Below are positions 36,833 to 49,845 of a stretch of DNA of 64,000 bases, one piece after another (within the stretch, counting starts at the first letter, position 1; each line of letters begins with the position of its first letter). The translations under genes were made by a program, and so were the position numbers. This stretch comes from Lama glama. Its lineage: Eukaryota. Under the pieces are notes generated by a model. The model was not told the origin of the DNA and made no database searches. It was given only the letters and a program-made list of their open reading frames with translations. The stretch is from assembly GCA_028534125.1 (NCBI GenBank), contig CM052818.1, positions 37,450,001 to 37,514,000 of the forward strand. The letters run 5' to 3'.

Positions 36833-37684
36833 CATTTTGGCATTGAAGACTCATTCTGAGCTTAGGCAGTTGGTCTGTGTGTGAAATGAAAGCCAGTTCC
36901 ACTTTGCCAACTTTCTGTAGCCTTCAACATTCTCTTTAATTTTCAGCCACTCAGCTTAAGTTTTCGTCCCTTCTCCTTACATTATTTCCATTTTAAAATT
37001 AAAATCCAGTTCCTGATTAAAGTTAGTCTTGGACTAAATCCTAGATTTTTCAGCACTTCATACTTAGAGGTGGGTTGGCTCTAGCGCATTTGTTTTTCTG
37101 AGTACCTGATTTTGTTGATAATGTTTGGAGACACTCCCCAGGTTGCTGGAGAAGAGTATAATTGGCTAATATATTTCAGGGCTCTATTTAATGGATATTA
37201 CATGGGGGACTGAATTTTCTGCCGTTTTCTTTCCTTTGTGACTTAGCACTTATAACCAAGGGCCTTGCCTCTCTGGCTCTCTGCCATTTTCTACTCTTTT
37301 CTTTAGTGAGATTCAGCAAAGAAAGGGACTGGAGGGACCTGTCTCTTCCTTTTAAAGTTCCACACAAAAGAAAGGAGTGCTGTAGTCCTCAGTCCTCCCA
37401 AACTACCCCCACCCCAAACCAGCCTCCCAGTTCCTTTACTCTGAAAGTGTAGACCTGAGTGCAAGTCCTGATTCTGCTTTCAATTGAAAAATGGAATATT
37501 AAGCAATATTTCCTTTAGAAAAGGCAAGACTTGGTCCCTGAGAGCCTTTTCAATCCTATATATGGAAGACAGGAGAAATAAAAAATGGAAGAAGCAGGAT
37601 TGATCCAATTAAAATGCCTCTAGTGGACCAATGATAGAGGTATCTGTAAAGCAAATACTAGTTCAGATTTTCTTTTAGTTTCTA

Positions 37685-37905
37685 TTTATTGAGTGTTGCC
37701 TGCAGCTTCTGAGGTACATTTCTTATGTGTGTCATCTCATTTAATATTTACAGCATCCCTGTGAAGTTGATATTTGTATCCTTAGATTAAACTTGAGGAA
37801 CTGAAAAGAATGAGTGAAGTCCAAGTTCATTATACCATTAAGGAAACCAAGCTAGGTCTAAGCTAGGTCTCTCTCTCATGTTGTGCCCCTCTTGACTACT
37901 ATGAC
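37685..37905 (-). mobile_element. MIR
   Basis: 'atttattgagtg...tcatctcatttaatatttacagcatccctgtgaagt...tgaggaactga'. Confidence 0.75.
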
Positions 37906-38449
37906 ATACCTCCAACTGGTTGAGCTGTTAAACTGCTTTTTGCTTCCTACTCTGCCTGAAGATAGAAAAAGGGCTACTATGTCATTACGTAGGCAGTATC
38001 TAGAGATTATCATGATGGACCAGGAGAAAGGAAACCAGTGAAGAAAGACAAGAAGATAGGAAAAAAAAATTGACCTGGTTGGAAGCCATGATTCCCAAAG
38101 AGAAATCCAAGAAACCCACTGTTAGCAAGTGTAATCATGTGGTGGTAGGATTTATTATTTACAGCAGTAAAATGGTGAGGGAGACAGAGTGTTGGAATGA
38201 AGCTGCCGAAGGCGTCTTGGGTCTGGCTCATCCTTCTGCTATGACAGGACCTCCATCCACAGTTACTAGACCTGACCAACGTGGTCAGTGATAAGTGAAA
38301 AGGTATGACCAGAGTTCCCCTAAACTCACTGTTAATAGGCATTGCACCACCACGAACGCTTACTCTCATCAGTGGGCTGAGGCTGACGTTGTACTGTTTG
38401 TTTTATCCCGTCTGGTTTAGGAGGGCAGAACCTGTGTGAGCTTTGGCAG

Positions 38450-38600
38450 TTTGTGTCTTTCAAGGAATTGGTCAGTTTCATCTAAGTTATCAAATTTATG
38501 GACATAAAATTGTTCATCTTATTTATTCTTTTTAATGTTCATGAGATCAGTATTGATGACCCTTATTTTATTACTGATATGGGTAATTTGTATCATCTCC
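38450..38600 (-). mobile_element. L1 ORF2 internal fragment
   Basis: 'tgtctttcaaggaattggtcagtttcatctaagttatcaaatttatgg...gtaatttgtatcatctc'. Confidence 0.75.
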
Positions 38601-39184
38601 ATCAGTATTTCACTTTGAGAAGCAGACAGAGGCCAGGGCTGATGCATTGCTTCAGCTATTTGACGGGCTAAGGTCAGCATACGTTAAAAGCACCACACTT
38701 TCATTCTCTGTTGTTCAGCTGATGGTACAGAGTAGATATAAATGGCAAACTGAGGAAGGAGAAGAAACGGAATCCAACCAGAGATAAGTGACGGTGAAAA
38801 ACAAGGAAGCATGGGATTTAGAAGTCAGAGGTGGGTGGCACCAAAGTGCTAATAGGAACTACCATCCACAGTCCAATACCCATGCACCCAACTAGATTAG
38901 AGATAATACCCAGAGACCCTAAATGCCTCTAAGGGATCCCTAGCTTTTCTCCCTCAAGGTGATAAAGTCATTATTTTCTGTGTAGAGCTCTGTCTTTCAT
39001 TATATCATCAACAACTTTGGGGAAGCACTTGGGGACAGGCATCATGTAGTAATAGTACATAGTAAATGCTGAAAATGATCCAGCAAAGGCTTACGTTAGA
39101 CTGAATACCAGAAAGGAGGAATACCTTATTCCAAGACTTTATTTGATCTTTAGCAGGTCTGTGAGTTTTTGAAATATTTGGTAA

Positions 39185-39340
39185 TAGAATTGGAAGGGAC
39201 CTTTCCTACCACATCCTTTTAGTTTACAGATGAATTGACTGAGGTCCAGAAGGGTTGAGTGAAACACCTAGTGAGAGGATCAGCTAGGCTTAAAACCTGA
39301 ATCTCCAAACCCGGGGTCCAGCGTTCTTTCCACAGCAACA
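39185..39340 (-). mobile_element. MIR3/MIR
   Basis: 'agaattggaagggacct...tttacagatgaattgactgaggtccagaagggttgagtga'. Confidence 0.7.
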
Positions 39341-40004
39341 CGGTTCATCCTCAGATTTGCATTCTTCAACACATGTTTTTGCTTCCATCAAATACACATA
39401 CATGAATTCTTGCTGAACCATCCAATTATCTAATCTACTCCCATTACTGAGGATAAAGGCATGCTGGCAGAGGCTATGAAGGACTGCTCAATGCTCATGT
39501 CAGTCATAGTACAGTAACTCCAGGTGCCTCAAACCTCCGAGTGACAATCTCTAATGCAGCAACTTTCAAAGCCAACGGGGAAATGATGCATTAAGGATGC
39601 TAACCTGGATGACAACCTGAAATTAAGGTTAACGTTCAGTGACTATATATATTACAATAACTCAGGACTTTAAAAGTATGTATTTGTCTGCTGTGTCTGT
39701 CATGTTAATAACCAATCTTGTCCGAAGAGCTCCCATTTACATTTTTATCCAACACTTGATGCGATGAAATCCTTAATTTTTGTGATGCATATTTAATCTT
39801 AGTATTATATTTAACACCTGTTAAAATTACAATATTCTATGGCTGATTAGGTGATTTAAAAATGGATTCAGATTCAAATTATATAGGTATACATATGTAC
39901 ATACACACATATACATTAAGTGCATGCAACATGTATATGTGTATGTGTGTAAGTATATAATTATATATTTATATGTTTATAATTATATGTTTTTTAATTT
40001 GGGG

Positions 40005-40170
40005 AATTTTTTATTGAGCATCTTCTATGCCAGGCATTGTTACAGGCCCTGGAGATATAGCTATAAATAGGACCAAGTTTCCTGTCTCAGAAAGTTATAT
40101 TCTAAAGAGAGGAAGGCAGAAAATGAGCCCCCCCCCAAAAAAACCCAAAAGATAATCTGACATAATAATA
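40005..40170 (-). mobile_element. L2 3' end
   Basis: 'tttattgagcatcttctatgccaggcattgttacaggccctggagatatagc'. Confidence 0.75.
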
Positions 40171-41204
40171 CACGGTCTGGGGAAAATTTCAAGCTTATCT
40201 AGAAGTATCGAAGTTTCGATGTGTAAGCAAGCATCTTCCACTAAGTCACGCTTAAATAAACATTTTTCATGTCATTGTTGATCTGGTAGAAAAGTAAAGA
40301 AATGAAATTATAAGAAAGCCCAAACCGAGAGGGGAAAGCAAGAACTGAGACTGCTCTGGGGGATTCTGCTCACTCTGGAGACCTCACAGAAAACTGGGAC
40401 TACGGCATGTGTCTAGGTGTACTGAAGGTCAGCGATCTCGATGGCAAAGCAGAAAGCACAGGTGTTCCCTAGAGTGGGAGATGTGGGGCCTGTATCCCTT
40501 TTGGCACACTGTGTCTAAGTGATAGTATTTTACAAAAAGAAAAAAGAAATTTGATGGGAATTTTAAATCTCAAATTCTTCTCCTTGGGTTTTTGAGGCTT
40601 AGAATTCACATTCTCTTTGCCTCTCAACCCACTTCCCAAAAGAAATGTGGTTTAACATGGCTCTAAATGGTAGACTTCCAGGCATTAGTCAGAAGCAAAT
40701 GATTATCCTCTCTGGAGTAATGTAGTTTAAACCTAGATCTCATCTCAACAAACTCTCATAAACAGAGTTTCAGGAGACATGTGTTCACAATGAGAAATTA
40801 TTCAGCAAATCATGGCACTAACAGTCAAGAGATCCAGAAATAACTAATTACACAAGACTTCAAAGACTACCAATTTGGAGATTAGCAGAAGATTTAATAT
40901 TTTTAAAGAATTAAAGAGATAATTACAACATATCATAAATGGGTAGATAATATTTAAATCAACAGGGATATGTTTGCAAAGGAACTGATTACAATTGGAA
41001 AGTACAATAATTGAAATGAAAATTCAGTGGACAGAATAAACGTTCAATCAGACGTAGCTGAAGAGGGACTTAGCAAACTGGATTATAGATCTGACACTAT
41101 CGAATGATAGTACAATGAGGCACAGGGTCATGAGGAGGCATATTGAAAATCTGAAAGACAAGTTAAAAGACATACAAATTTAAGTGAGCAATTTCTAATT
41201 ATAT

Positions 41205-41525
41205 TGTAATGGTTAGGGTACAAGCCAAGCAAGCTTAGATCAAGAGAGTCTAAAACACAGTGGCTTAAATAAAATAGAGTTCATATCTCCCTCCCATAAA
41301 GTTCTGGATATAAGTGGTTTAGAAGTTGAAGGGAGCCTCTGTTTTTCTCAATATATTTTCTAAAGTTATTTAAATATTCACTATATCTTATCAGTAGGAA
41401 TATGTGGAAACCAGAAATTCTAGAGCAAGAATTTTGTACTCAGAAGAGTAACCTGGAACTTTCCCCAGCATCTCCCTCTCATACTGATGGCCAGAACTCA
41501 GTTACATGGACACATTTAGCTTCAT
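41205..41525 (-). mobile_element. Old MaLR LTR (MLT1J/K/L-like)
   Basis: 'aaaacacagtggcttaaataaaatagagttcatatctc', 'tggccagaactcagttacatggacac'. Confidence 0.6.
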
Positions 41526-41773
41526 TTATAATCCCAGCAATAGAACATCAAATACCCCTCATGCTTTCCATCTGTGTCTCTTCTGCTACAGAAGTAGAAA
41601 TTCTCTGCTTTTAAAAGGCCTATGGGACTATATTATACACATTCAGATAATCTCCCTGTTTTAAATTCAACTGTGCCATTTAGCATAACATAATTATGGG
41701 AGTGCCATCTCATCACATTCACAGGTTCAGGTGATTAGGGCATGGAATCGTTTTTAGAATTTTGCCCACCACA
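41526..41773 (-). mobile_element. MaLR MLT1D/E-like LTR fragment
   Basis: 'ttctctgcttttaaaaggc', 'cagataatctccctgttttaaattcaactg', ending 'ttagaattttgcccaccaca'. Confidence 0.7.
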
Positions 41774-42544
41774 TTAATGAAGCAAAAATTTAAGAAGGAA
41801 ATAATTTTTTTAAATAATGGTAATTTACAAAATGGTAAATTAATGAAAGACTAAAACAAAGATAGAATGGAGAAAGAATCAAAAAAGACATAATATGCTC
41901 TTTGAATAGACAAATAAAATGGACAATTCAATTTTCCAGATAAAGAAAAGCACAGTGAAGACCCTAAATAAACAATATTAGGTGAGAAAAATGGGCCATG
42001 ACCACAGATGTGGCACAGATTAAAGTAATGATATGCTAATAAATTCTAAGCATATCTGTAGGGAGTGAATTCCTAGAAAAATATAAGTAGCAAAAATAAA
42101 TTTAAGAAGAAATAGAAAATATCAATAGTCTTAAATTTATTAAAAAGAATTATATTAAATCTTCCCCCAAAGAAAATTCCAATAGTCTTACAGGCTAATT
42201 CTACCAAATATTCATGAAACACATAATTCCAATATCACACAAAGTTTTTCAGAAAATAAAAGTTGAAATAATTCTCCTGGATTCATATAATAGTTCACAA
42301 TAACTTTGAGATGAAAACCTAACATAAAGCAACACAATTGGGAACCAACAGGATAATCTTATTGATAATTATAGATGCAACATTCTTAAACAGCATACTA
42401 AAAATAGAATGTATATGTATATCAGGAAATACATTATTGCAATGTTGAGTTTATTCCGGAAATTCATCCTTTAAAAAATAGGAAAACCCTGTGATGTAAA
42501 TTACCATATTTACTGATTAAGGAGAAAAAATCATATACACCTCT

Positions 42545-44232
42545 CTACTCATTCATTTCCTAATTTCTTAAACTGCCTAATAAATGCTAGGTATTATCCT
42601 AAGTGCTAGGGAAACAGCAGTGAGTGAAATAAATACAAATTCCTGCTCCAATCTAGTGGGAGAGAAGAGTTGTTCTAGGAGGGGAAAATCAGGGCTATGC
42701 TGGTAAATTTTTAACATCCAGAGAAAAAAAGGCTCTGGTTGGTAGCATTTGCTGATTTCTGTGATGTAAAACCTCTACCATGGCCAATTTCAAGGTACCA
42801 AATGACAGAGAGTCGTCAAGGAAGGCGTTCAGTCAGCTCTCCTCAGTTGTAATGAGCCAGCCCCAGCGTACCACTGGGAAGACAGACAATGACTGTAGTA
42901 ATTCAGTAGATTACATACTTTACTGGAAGGTGAGAAATGGGGAAGATAATGAAGAGGGTAAATGGGGTAGTAAGTGCTAAGAGGAGGTGTTCATTTTAAT
43001 TTCCAGTTTTCAAAATTTTGTTAGGAAAAACTTGTCAGAGGTAAGGGAGCCTGTTACGTGGTTTATCTCCACAGAGGGGGCAGATAGAACAAAAGCTCAG
43101 GTGAGAGTGTGCATGGCTTTTTCAAGGCAGTGGGCTGCAGTGGAGTGGGAAGAGGAGAGAGTGGCAGCGGTGAAGTCAGAGAGAGAACAGGGGTAAGATC
43201 ACAGAACGCTTGATAAACCATGGCAAGGGATTTGGCTTTTACTGTATGAAATGGGGGCATCGCTGCAGGATTTTGACAGGTAAATGATGACCAAACTTGC
43301 CTGTTAAAAAGATCGCTATGGTCACCATGTTGATAATAGTGAAGCGAGAGGTTCATGTGATAATCCAGGCAAGAGGTGGGGGCAGCTCAGACCAGGGTGA
43401 CAACTGTGGAGATGGAAAGGATTGGTTAGATTTTTGGGTGTGTTTGAAGACAGAGCCTATGGCCTCTCTTGGTGGTTTGCATGAAACACGTAAAGGAAAG
43501 AGTAAAGGTGACTCGAGCTGGTCATTGATGTGGTTCAACTTTAAGAGGTCAGGGATGAGACAAAGAGCCACAAAAAAGATGGTTCAGGAGCAGTCCACGA
43601 TGTGGGACAAGGACTACCAGAGTCTGGTGTTCTGGAAGCCAGTGGGATGGTTTTTCAAGGAAAGAGTGATCAGTCTTCTGAAATCTAATTTTAGTCAAAT
43701 GTGTCAACAGATAAGCCTTTGGTGATCTTTACAAGAGCAGCTTCAGAAGAGTGGAACTGAATGCCCAAGTAGGGTGAGCTTGGGACAGAAAATAGGACCA
43801 GAGGTATTAAAGCAGTGAGTCCAATCAACCCTCTCAAAGAGTTTTGCTATAAAGGGGAGCAGAGAACTGGGTGTAGCCAGAGGATATACATAGTCGGGAG
43901 AAGGGTCTTATTTTATTTGTTTCTTTTAAAGAAAAAGAGAGAAAGAATACCCATATGCTGATGAGAACAACTCTTCAGAGAAGGAAACATTAATGAAGAG
44001 AAAGAGAAGGGAGAGTTGCTGGTGTCTTGTCCTTAAGTAAAATAAAGTGGTTGAGACTGTACACAAATGCAGACTGACACAGAGAAAAATCTCAGTTCTA
44101 ATGTCATAAGCAAAGATGAATATTGTAATCTCTTTTACCAGATGCTGGTGCAGCACGTAGATGTGATGGCGTGGAACTTGAATTCTAATTGCCTCAATTT
44201 TCTCTGTCACATAGGAAGTAAGCTATTTAAAC
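42545..44232 (-). mobile_element. Long L2 fragment lying between two L1 segments
   Basis: Tail 'actcattcatt...gtgctagggaaacagcagtgag', body 'atggcaagggatttggcttttactg', 'ataatccaggcaagaggtgg', 'gagttttgctataaaggggagcagagaa', 'attgcctcaattttctc'. Confidence 0.8.
42690..42876 (-). mobile_element. MER63A-like hAT MITE inside the L2
   Basis: TIR-like ends 'cagggctatgctgg' and 'ccagcgtaccactg', internal 'catggccaatttcaaggtacca'. Confidence 0.8.
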
Positions 44233-46529
44233 TGGACAGAGAACTGGATAGGCAAATAAAGCAGAATAGAATTCCCAGAAACAGATCTATATGTATGTTG
44301 ACTCTTGACACGGGAAAAGGTAGCATTGAAAACTCTTTGCTCACTGCATTGGGGTGAGCAGGGCTGCTATGCACTAAAGAGAAAACGAAAATTGAGAGAG
44401 AAATGACTTTGTATATGGAAAATAAAAAATGCATGTCTCTTTCACATCTCAACATCACAGACTAATTAATGCCAACTGAATTAAAGACTAAAGTGTGAAA
44501 GGAAAATCTTTAAAACTTTTAGAAGAAAATATCTGTATGACTTTGTGTATGGAATGAGTTTTTAAAACATGATACAATAAGAAAACAATTAATATGTTTC
44601 ATATAGAGGTTAAAAATACAAGCCACACACTCTAGGAAATATTTTCAATGAATGAAAGATGAGTGTCAAATAATAATTTGTATAAATGAATAAGGAAGAA
44701 CTGTAAGCACCCGAATGTAAAATAACTACCAGGGCGGGGAATTCCAAAGGCCATTTAAACCTGTGAAAAGCTGCTCCATTTTATTAGTAATCTGGAAACT
44801 ATAACTTAAAATCACACTGAGGTACCCTTTCAGATCTACCAGATTTATAAAACTTTAAAATAAATGTCAGTAGGCTGTATGCAGTGGGGACTGTCATACA
44901 CTGCTTATAGGAGAGTAAATTGGTCCACTTTTGAGGGCGATTTTCATTTTCATTTTTTTGTAAATGCACATACTCTACATTTCAAGAATTCTACCTCATG
45001 ATACACGCCATAGAGAATTTCATATATACACCAGAAGATATGGTACATATCTCTATGTTATATACATATACATTTACCTAAACAAGTACATATTTATAAA
45101 ACTTCACATAGCATAGTATTTTCATAATTGCAAAAAAAAAATTTTAAATAAGTTCAAATGTTTATCAGCCATAAAATCAGCAAACAATTTGTGGTATATA
45201 AATTACAGATACTACATACAGATGAACCCAACAAACATACAATTGAGTAAAAATGTTTTAAATAGCTAATTACATAAAAGTACATACAGTATAATATATA
45301 TTTATGTAAAGTTAAAAAATTCAGAAGTAGATAAAAATAAATAATATATACTTTAGGAATATGTTTATGCATGCTAAAACTGTATTAAATAATACAAAGT
45401 TAGGATAATGGTTACATCTGGGAGAGAGAGAGACATAGTTAGGAAGGACACATAGGATTCTTCTAAAGTACCGTTACCATTACTAAAATACTGTACTATT
45501 CTTTAACCTGGATGATGAGTTCCTATTCATGTGATCACTATCATTTTAAACTCTAAACCTGTATGCTAAACGTCTTCTTTTGAATCCTGTCATCATTACA
45601 CACTCTTTAATCGTTGAATCGAAGGTTCTTCTCCCATCTGGTCTTGGTTTCCCGTTTGTTTCCCTTTCACAGTAAGCAGCTCAAACTGTGTTCATTCATT
45701 CAAAATCTATAGGCACTGGATAGATATCACAAATCAAAGAGAAACAGTGGCTGTGTAAAGAAAGGATGTTAGCATATGTATGAAAAACTGTATTTATACT
45801 GACAACGTAAAGAACCTTTTGTTACTCAAGGACACTTGAATTTGGTTTAGGGATCAATATGTGAGCAAACAGGTGGAATTGTGGTTTGGGGGCGTGGATC
45901 CCCCAGCCACCAAGGAGGCTTGAGGACACTGTGCCTCTAATTTTCAGGAGAAGTGGCCGTGGATCTTCTGATCACTCACAGGGGAAAAATGTTATGTGGC
46001 TGTTAGAGCAGCCTTGAAGGAGAGCAAGTAACAAGTATTAAAAGATCTGTATGGGGGAGCCTTCCACTCTTATATTTTGGTAACGATGGAAGTTTGAGCT
46101 GACTTCATATAATGGGCTCCAGCCCAAGGATTTTCTTGATTTGCTTTTATGTTTTGTTTTGTTCATTTGCTTTTTGTTTTGTTTTTGATTTTTTAAAACA
46201 CTAATTATAGTCAAGCTAATTTCTTCTGCTTCCCTGGAGAACTTTTTGTTCCTCTATTCTCAGGTTAAGACCCCCCAAATGATGGAGTCATAATCCTTTA
46301 TAGGTCTTGGGAATAATTAAATCCAGGTAGAAAACTATGTCAAACCGCTGGTGTTTAATTTATTCTCGTCAAGTAAATTATGATTACATTTTGTTATCTG
46401 ATAACCTGAAGTAGCTCATGTTTTGCTGTGTCCTCATCCCAGACATCCACATCTCCTCTGATTGTGTGTTTAATTCAGTATTAAAAGGTGAAACTTTCAC
46501 TTTATTGCATGGTGCAGCAGAAAGAAAAT

Positions 46530-46680
46530 ATGACTTCTGGATTGAGGATCCAGTTTGAGTCCCACTTCTTGTTAAACTTATGAACAAATCTCTCATCTTG
46601 CCAAGTTTCAGAAACACACATAACTGAACCACATTGGAAATGAGGAGTACACTAGATCATGAAGCTACTTGCCAGACTGT
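46530..46680 (+). mobile_element. MIR/MIR3 fragment
   Basis: 'ggatccagtttgagtcccactt...atgaacaaatctctcatc...tggaaatgaggagtacactagatc'. Confidence 0.5.
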
Positions 46681-47494
46681 GGTCAATGGGCGAGACTAGA
46701 TATGACCTGGATAACACTGGGAGACACCAAGCTCACCAACAAGGTGATCCTGAAAGTTACATTCTAAAAACGAGGCCAACAATTGAGTATTAGTAGACAT
46801 AGCTTATGTACTGGGAGGCATGCATATAGCAGAGTTTAGAGCAGAATTCAACTCATTCTTCCAAACGGCATCTTTTTTGCCCAGGAGTGTTTGAAGTGTG
46901 TCATCCACTCAAGTTGTAAAGCACTTTTGCCTACAGGATTTTACAGACATCAGATGCATGCTGAAGGTAAACAAGTTGAGTTGGATTAGATTCTCTTTTA
47001 CAGTCCTTCTCACTTGGGCATTCTGTGATATATAAATGACTTTTACTAAAAATCTATGAGCTCCTTGAAAAGCACCTTGCAAATCCTGATTGCTTGTACG
47101 TATACATATAAAACTTTCGGGATGAGATCATGAAAGGAGAGACCAATTTTCTTGGGAAAATTCAATCTTCCCTACTGAGCACCGAAAAATCTTGTTAATG
47201 ATGCCTTCCAAAATTCCACTTCAACCAACATTCTGGAGATTAGGAGGCAGGAAAATAATTTTTCTACCTCTTATATGCATGGCCTGGAGACAATTTCTTT
47301 ATTTCTTTTCTCTACAATTTAGTTTTATTCTGTGTAGAGAATGTGTGACTTCTCTTTCAAAAGTGATTTTTTAAAAATTAAATTATTAAATGTGTAATGT
47401 GTATTAAAGTTCCTGGCAATTTATAAATGTTCTTGAAAGGATTTTTTTATCATCATAATTGTTATTCTTCTCAGTTATAGTCATTTCATAAATC

Positions 47495-47800
47495 TATCAG
47501 TTAATTAGCAAACATTTATTGATGCCTAAAAAGGTAGTGCTCTGAATACTGGGGATGATAGGAAAAATTTGCATACATTCTGTGCCACGGTTAGCTTGTA
47601 ATTTGGCTGGAGTAACAAACCACATAGATATGTGTAAGCTGAGCTGCAGGCACTAGGAACCAGAATAATAGCACAGAAAGTTAGGTTCAATGTATTTCAG
47701 TCATATCGGGCAACAGGCACCTAAAGGCTGGATCTCAGATGAGGTAGGTCCTGAGGTCTTGAGTCAACTGGCAGCTGTTTGTTAAGGAACATTAGTGCAT
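47495..47800 (-). mobile_element. L2 3' end
   Basis: 'agcaaacatttattgatgcct...gtgctctgaatactggggat'. Confidence 0.55.
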
Positions 47801-49765
47801 GTGGATGGAGAGAGAGTGGGGACACGTCTAATGCTACCCTCTGTCATTGGTTTTCTGCTTTTATTAATTTGGCAGACACCCTGCTTTGGAAGTTATATGG
47901 GTCCCCTAGTGGAAAGAAAATTCACAGCCGTAGCTCCCAGATAATGGTCTGTCTCGGGGTAATTTCGACCCCAGCTGGAGCCAAGCTCGGAGAAGGCTGG
48001 GTTACAGGGTCTGTGTGGCTGATTAGCAAGGTGTTTGTCAATGTCCAGAGACAGCTTTCCCAGAGCAGAACCCAGGCTGGAAGTGGGAGAGCGCCCGGAG
48101 GTGGCTTGAATGCACAGACACAAAGCATCTCGTGGCAACAAAGCTAACGGCTTCATCCTTCTAGAATGTACCTAGCCTGAAAATTGAACCCTCTCTTCAG
48201 TATGGGGTCACATTGCAGCAGCCAAGGGGCTTCAAGCTAATATTTGTGGAAAAGCCTCAGGAGCTAGACCACGTTGTCTAGTCGGTGACGAGCCAGTGAC
48301 CCCTGCATGCTGGCTCGGATGTGTGAATCTGAAGATGAAGATTGTTTCCATCTCAACCACATCTACCCCTTGACCTGGAAAGCTGGAGGCTACATCCTGA
48401 TGTGTTAAAGGAAGAATTATATACAACTACAGTTTGTGCCAGAGCTTTGCTGCTAGATGCGTCTTACCTGAGAGAGAGAAGAGAGGGGCGTTCAGGCTTG
48501 CAGAGGGATGGGAGGAGGCGGGAGAGAGGGAGGGAGGGAGCCAGGGAGCACCAAGGAGGAGGAGGATGAGAGCAATGGGCAAGAACGCATTTATTCGAAA
48601 AACAATTTACTCAGCCAGTCATTTTCAGTACTCTTCTTGCTATTACTGAGGCAGAGAAAGAAATATGATACTCGAAGAGAACTTTTTATGTCTTTCCCTC
48701 AGCCAAACCTCCTGCTGGCAGACTCTGCCCGGGAGCTATTTTTCTCTAGCAATGGTCTATGAAAGTTTAGGGGGATGACCACGGGGCTGAGCGCCTGAGC
48801 AGTGAGGTGGACAGAGGATCCCCCACCTTGCTGAAGTCCGTATTCCCTCATGCTGTCAGACAGCAAGGGCGGGGGCGGGGCACCCCCGTCAGACTGATGC
48901 AGGTTCCCCAGGAGGCAGTTCTGCCCAGGGAAGAGTTGGGCTCCACGGCCGCCACCTCACAGGGTTTTGTGGGGGCATCGTTACCGTTAGTGTTGTCTTC
49001 ACCCGGGTCCCTGCCCTCTGTGGGTTCCAGATGGTATACAAACAGATTTGAAATAAGCATCCTGCTTTCGCTTATAAATTCATGCCCATTTTGTAGCATG
49101 TGGTAGGTGAGTATTGGGCTGTTTATTGTTTGTTTGTTTTTTGTCTGGTTCGCAAAAACAAATGTAATCAGAATATGAAGCTCAAGTCTAAGGCACCAGA
49201 ACCCCTGGATCAGCTTCTCTAGTCCATCTGCCACTGGTTGAGCAAGGATGTACTTTACTGCCCAAATCTTCTGCCCCTGGTTTGTGTAGGAGCTTCTCAA
49301 AGACCCCATTCTCCAAGCTGCAAAGAAATACACCATGTCCTCCATTCTGCTTATCTCTTGAGTGCTTAGTCAAAAGGTGTCTCTTACTGATATTCTGATG
49401 GTCCAGAAGACACTTATGTCTTGATTGTAGTTGTTTATAGATGGGACTTTTTTTTAAAAAAAGAAACTTGTATCTTATCTTATTTTGCAATCCTGTTGAA
49501 GGATAGAGTGAGGAAGACAGGAAGGCTGTTTTCCAGAGTAAGGATCATGTGAATAAAGAGAAAGGGTACAAATGTGGAGATGTGATTTCAGTCATGTCAG
49601 TTTTGAAAGCCATTAGCAAATTCTGGGTGACACTATTTGAGGGTAACGCTCTTAAATAGAGTTTCCACAGAAAGTGGTAGGTGGGACTGGGTCAAATTGG
49701 GACTAGTGAATAGACAGTTCACTTACACTTTCATAGTTAACAGTCTACTTTTATTTTTATTTTAT

Positions 49766-49768
49766 GTA

Positions 49769-49816
<48 letters not shown>

Positions 49817-49845
49817 ACTTGCACATACTATTATATATATATATA
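49766..49845. repeat. Compound (TG)n(TA)n microsatellite at the 5' junction of an L1
   Basis: Directly visible. Confidence 0.9.

Larger units (their letters stand above)
40550..45580 (+). mobile_element. Fragmented old L1ME-type element: 5'/ORF1 about 40550-41200, ORF2 about 41780-42540, ORF2 end plus 3' UTR about 44235-45580
   Basis: 'aataattgaaatgaaaattcagtggacag...gctgaagagggacttagcaaactgga' (ORF1-like), 'ttcctagaaaaatataag', 'ggctaattctaccaaatattca', 'tagatgcaacattcttaaac' (ORF2-like), 'ggataatggttacatctggg' (3' UTR). Confidence 0.7.

Noticed and set aside
37849..37870. Tandem aagctaggtct x2
   Set aside because: Ordinary slippage duplication inside a MIR.
48848..49345. 165-aa minus-strand ORF
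   Set aside because: No recognisable domain, and it crosses low-complexity sequence. It is within the range of chance ORFs; PhyloCSF would settle it.
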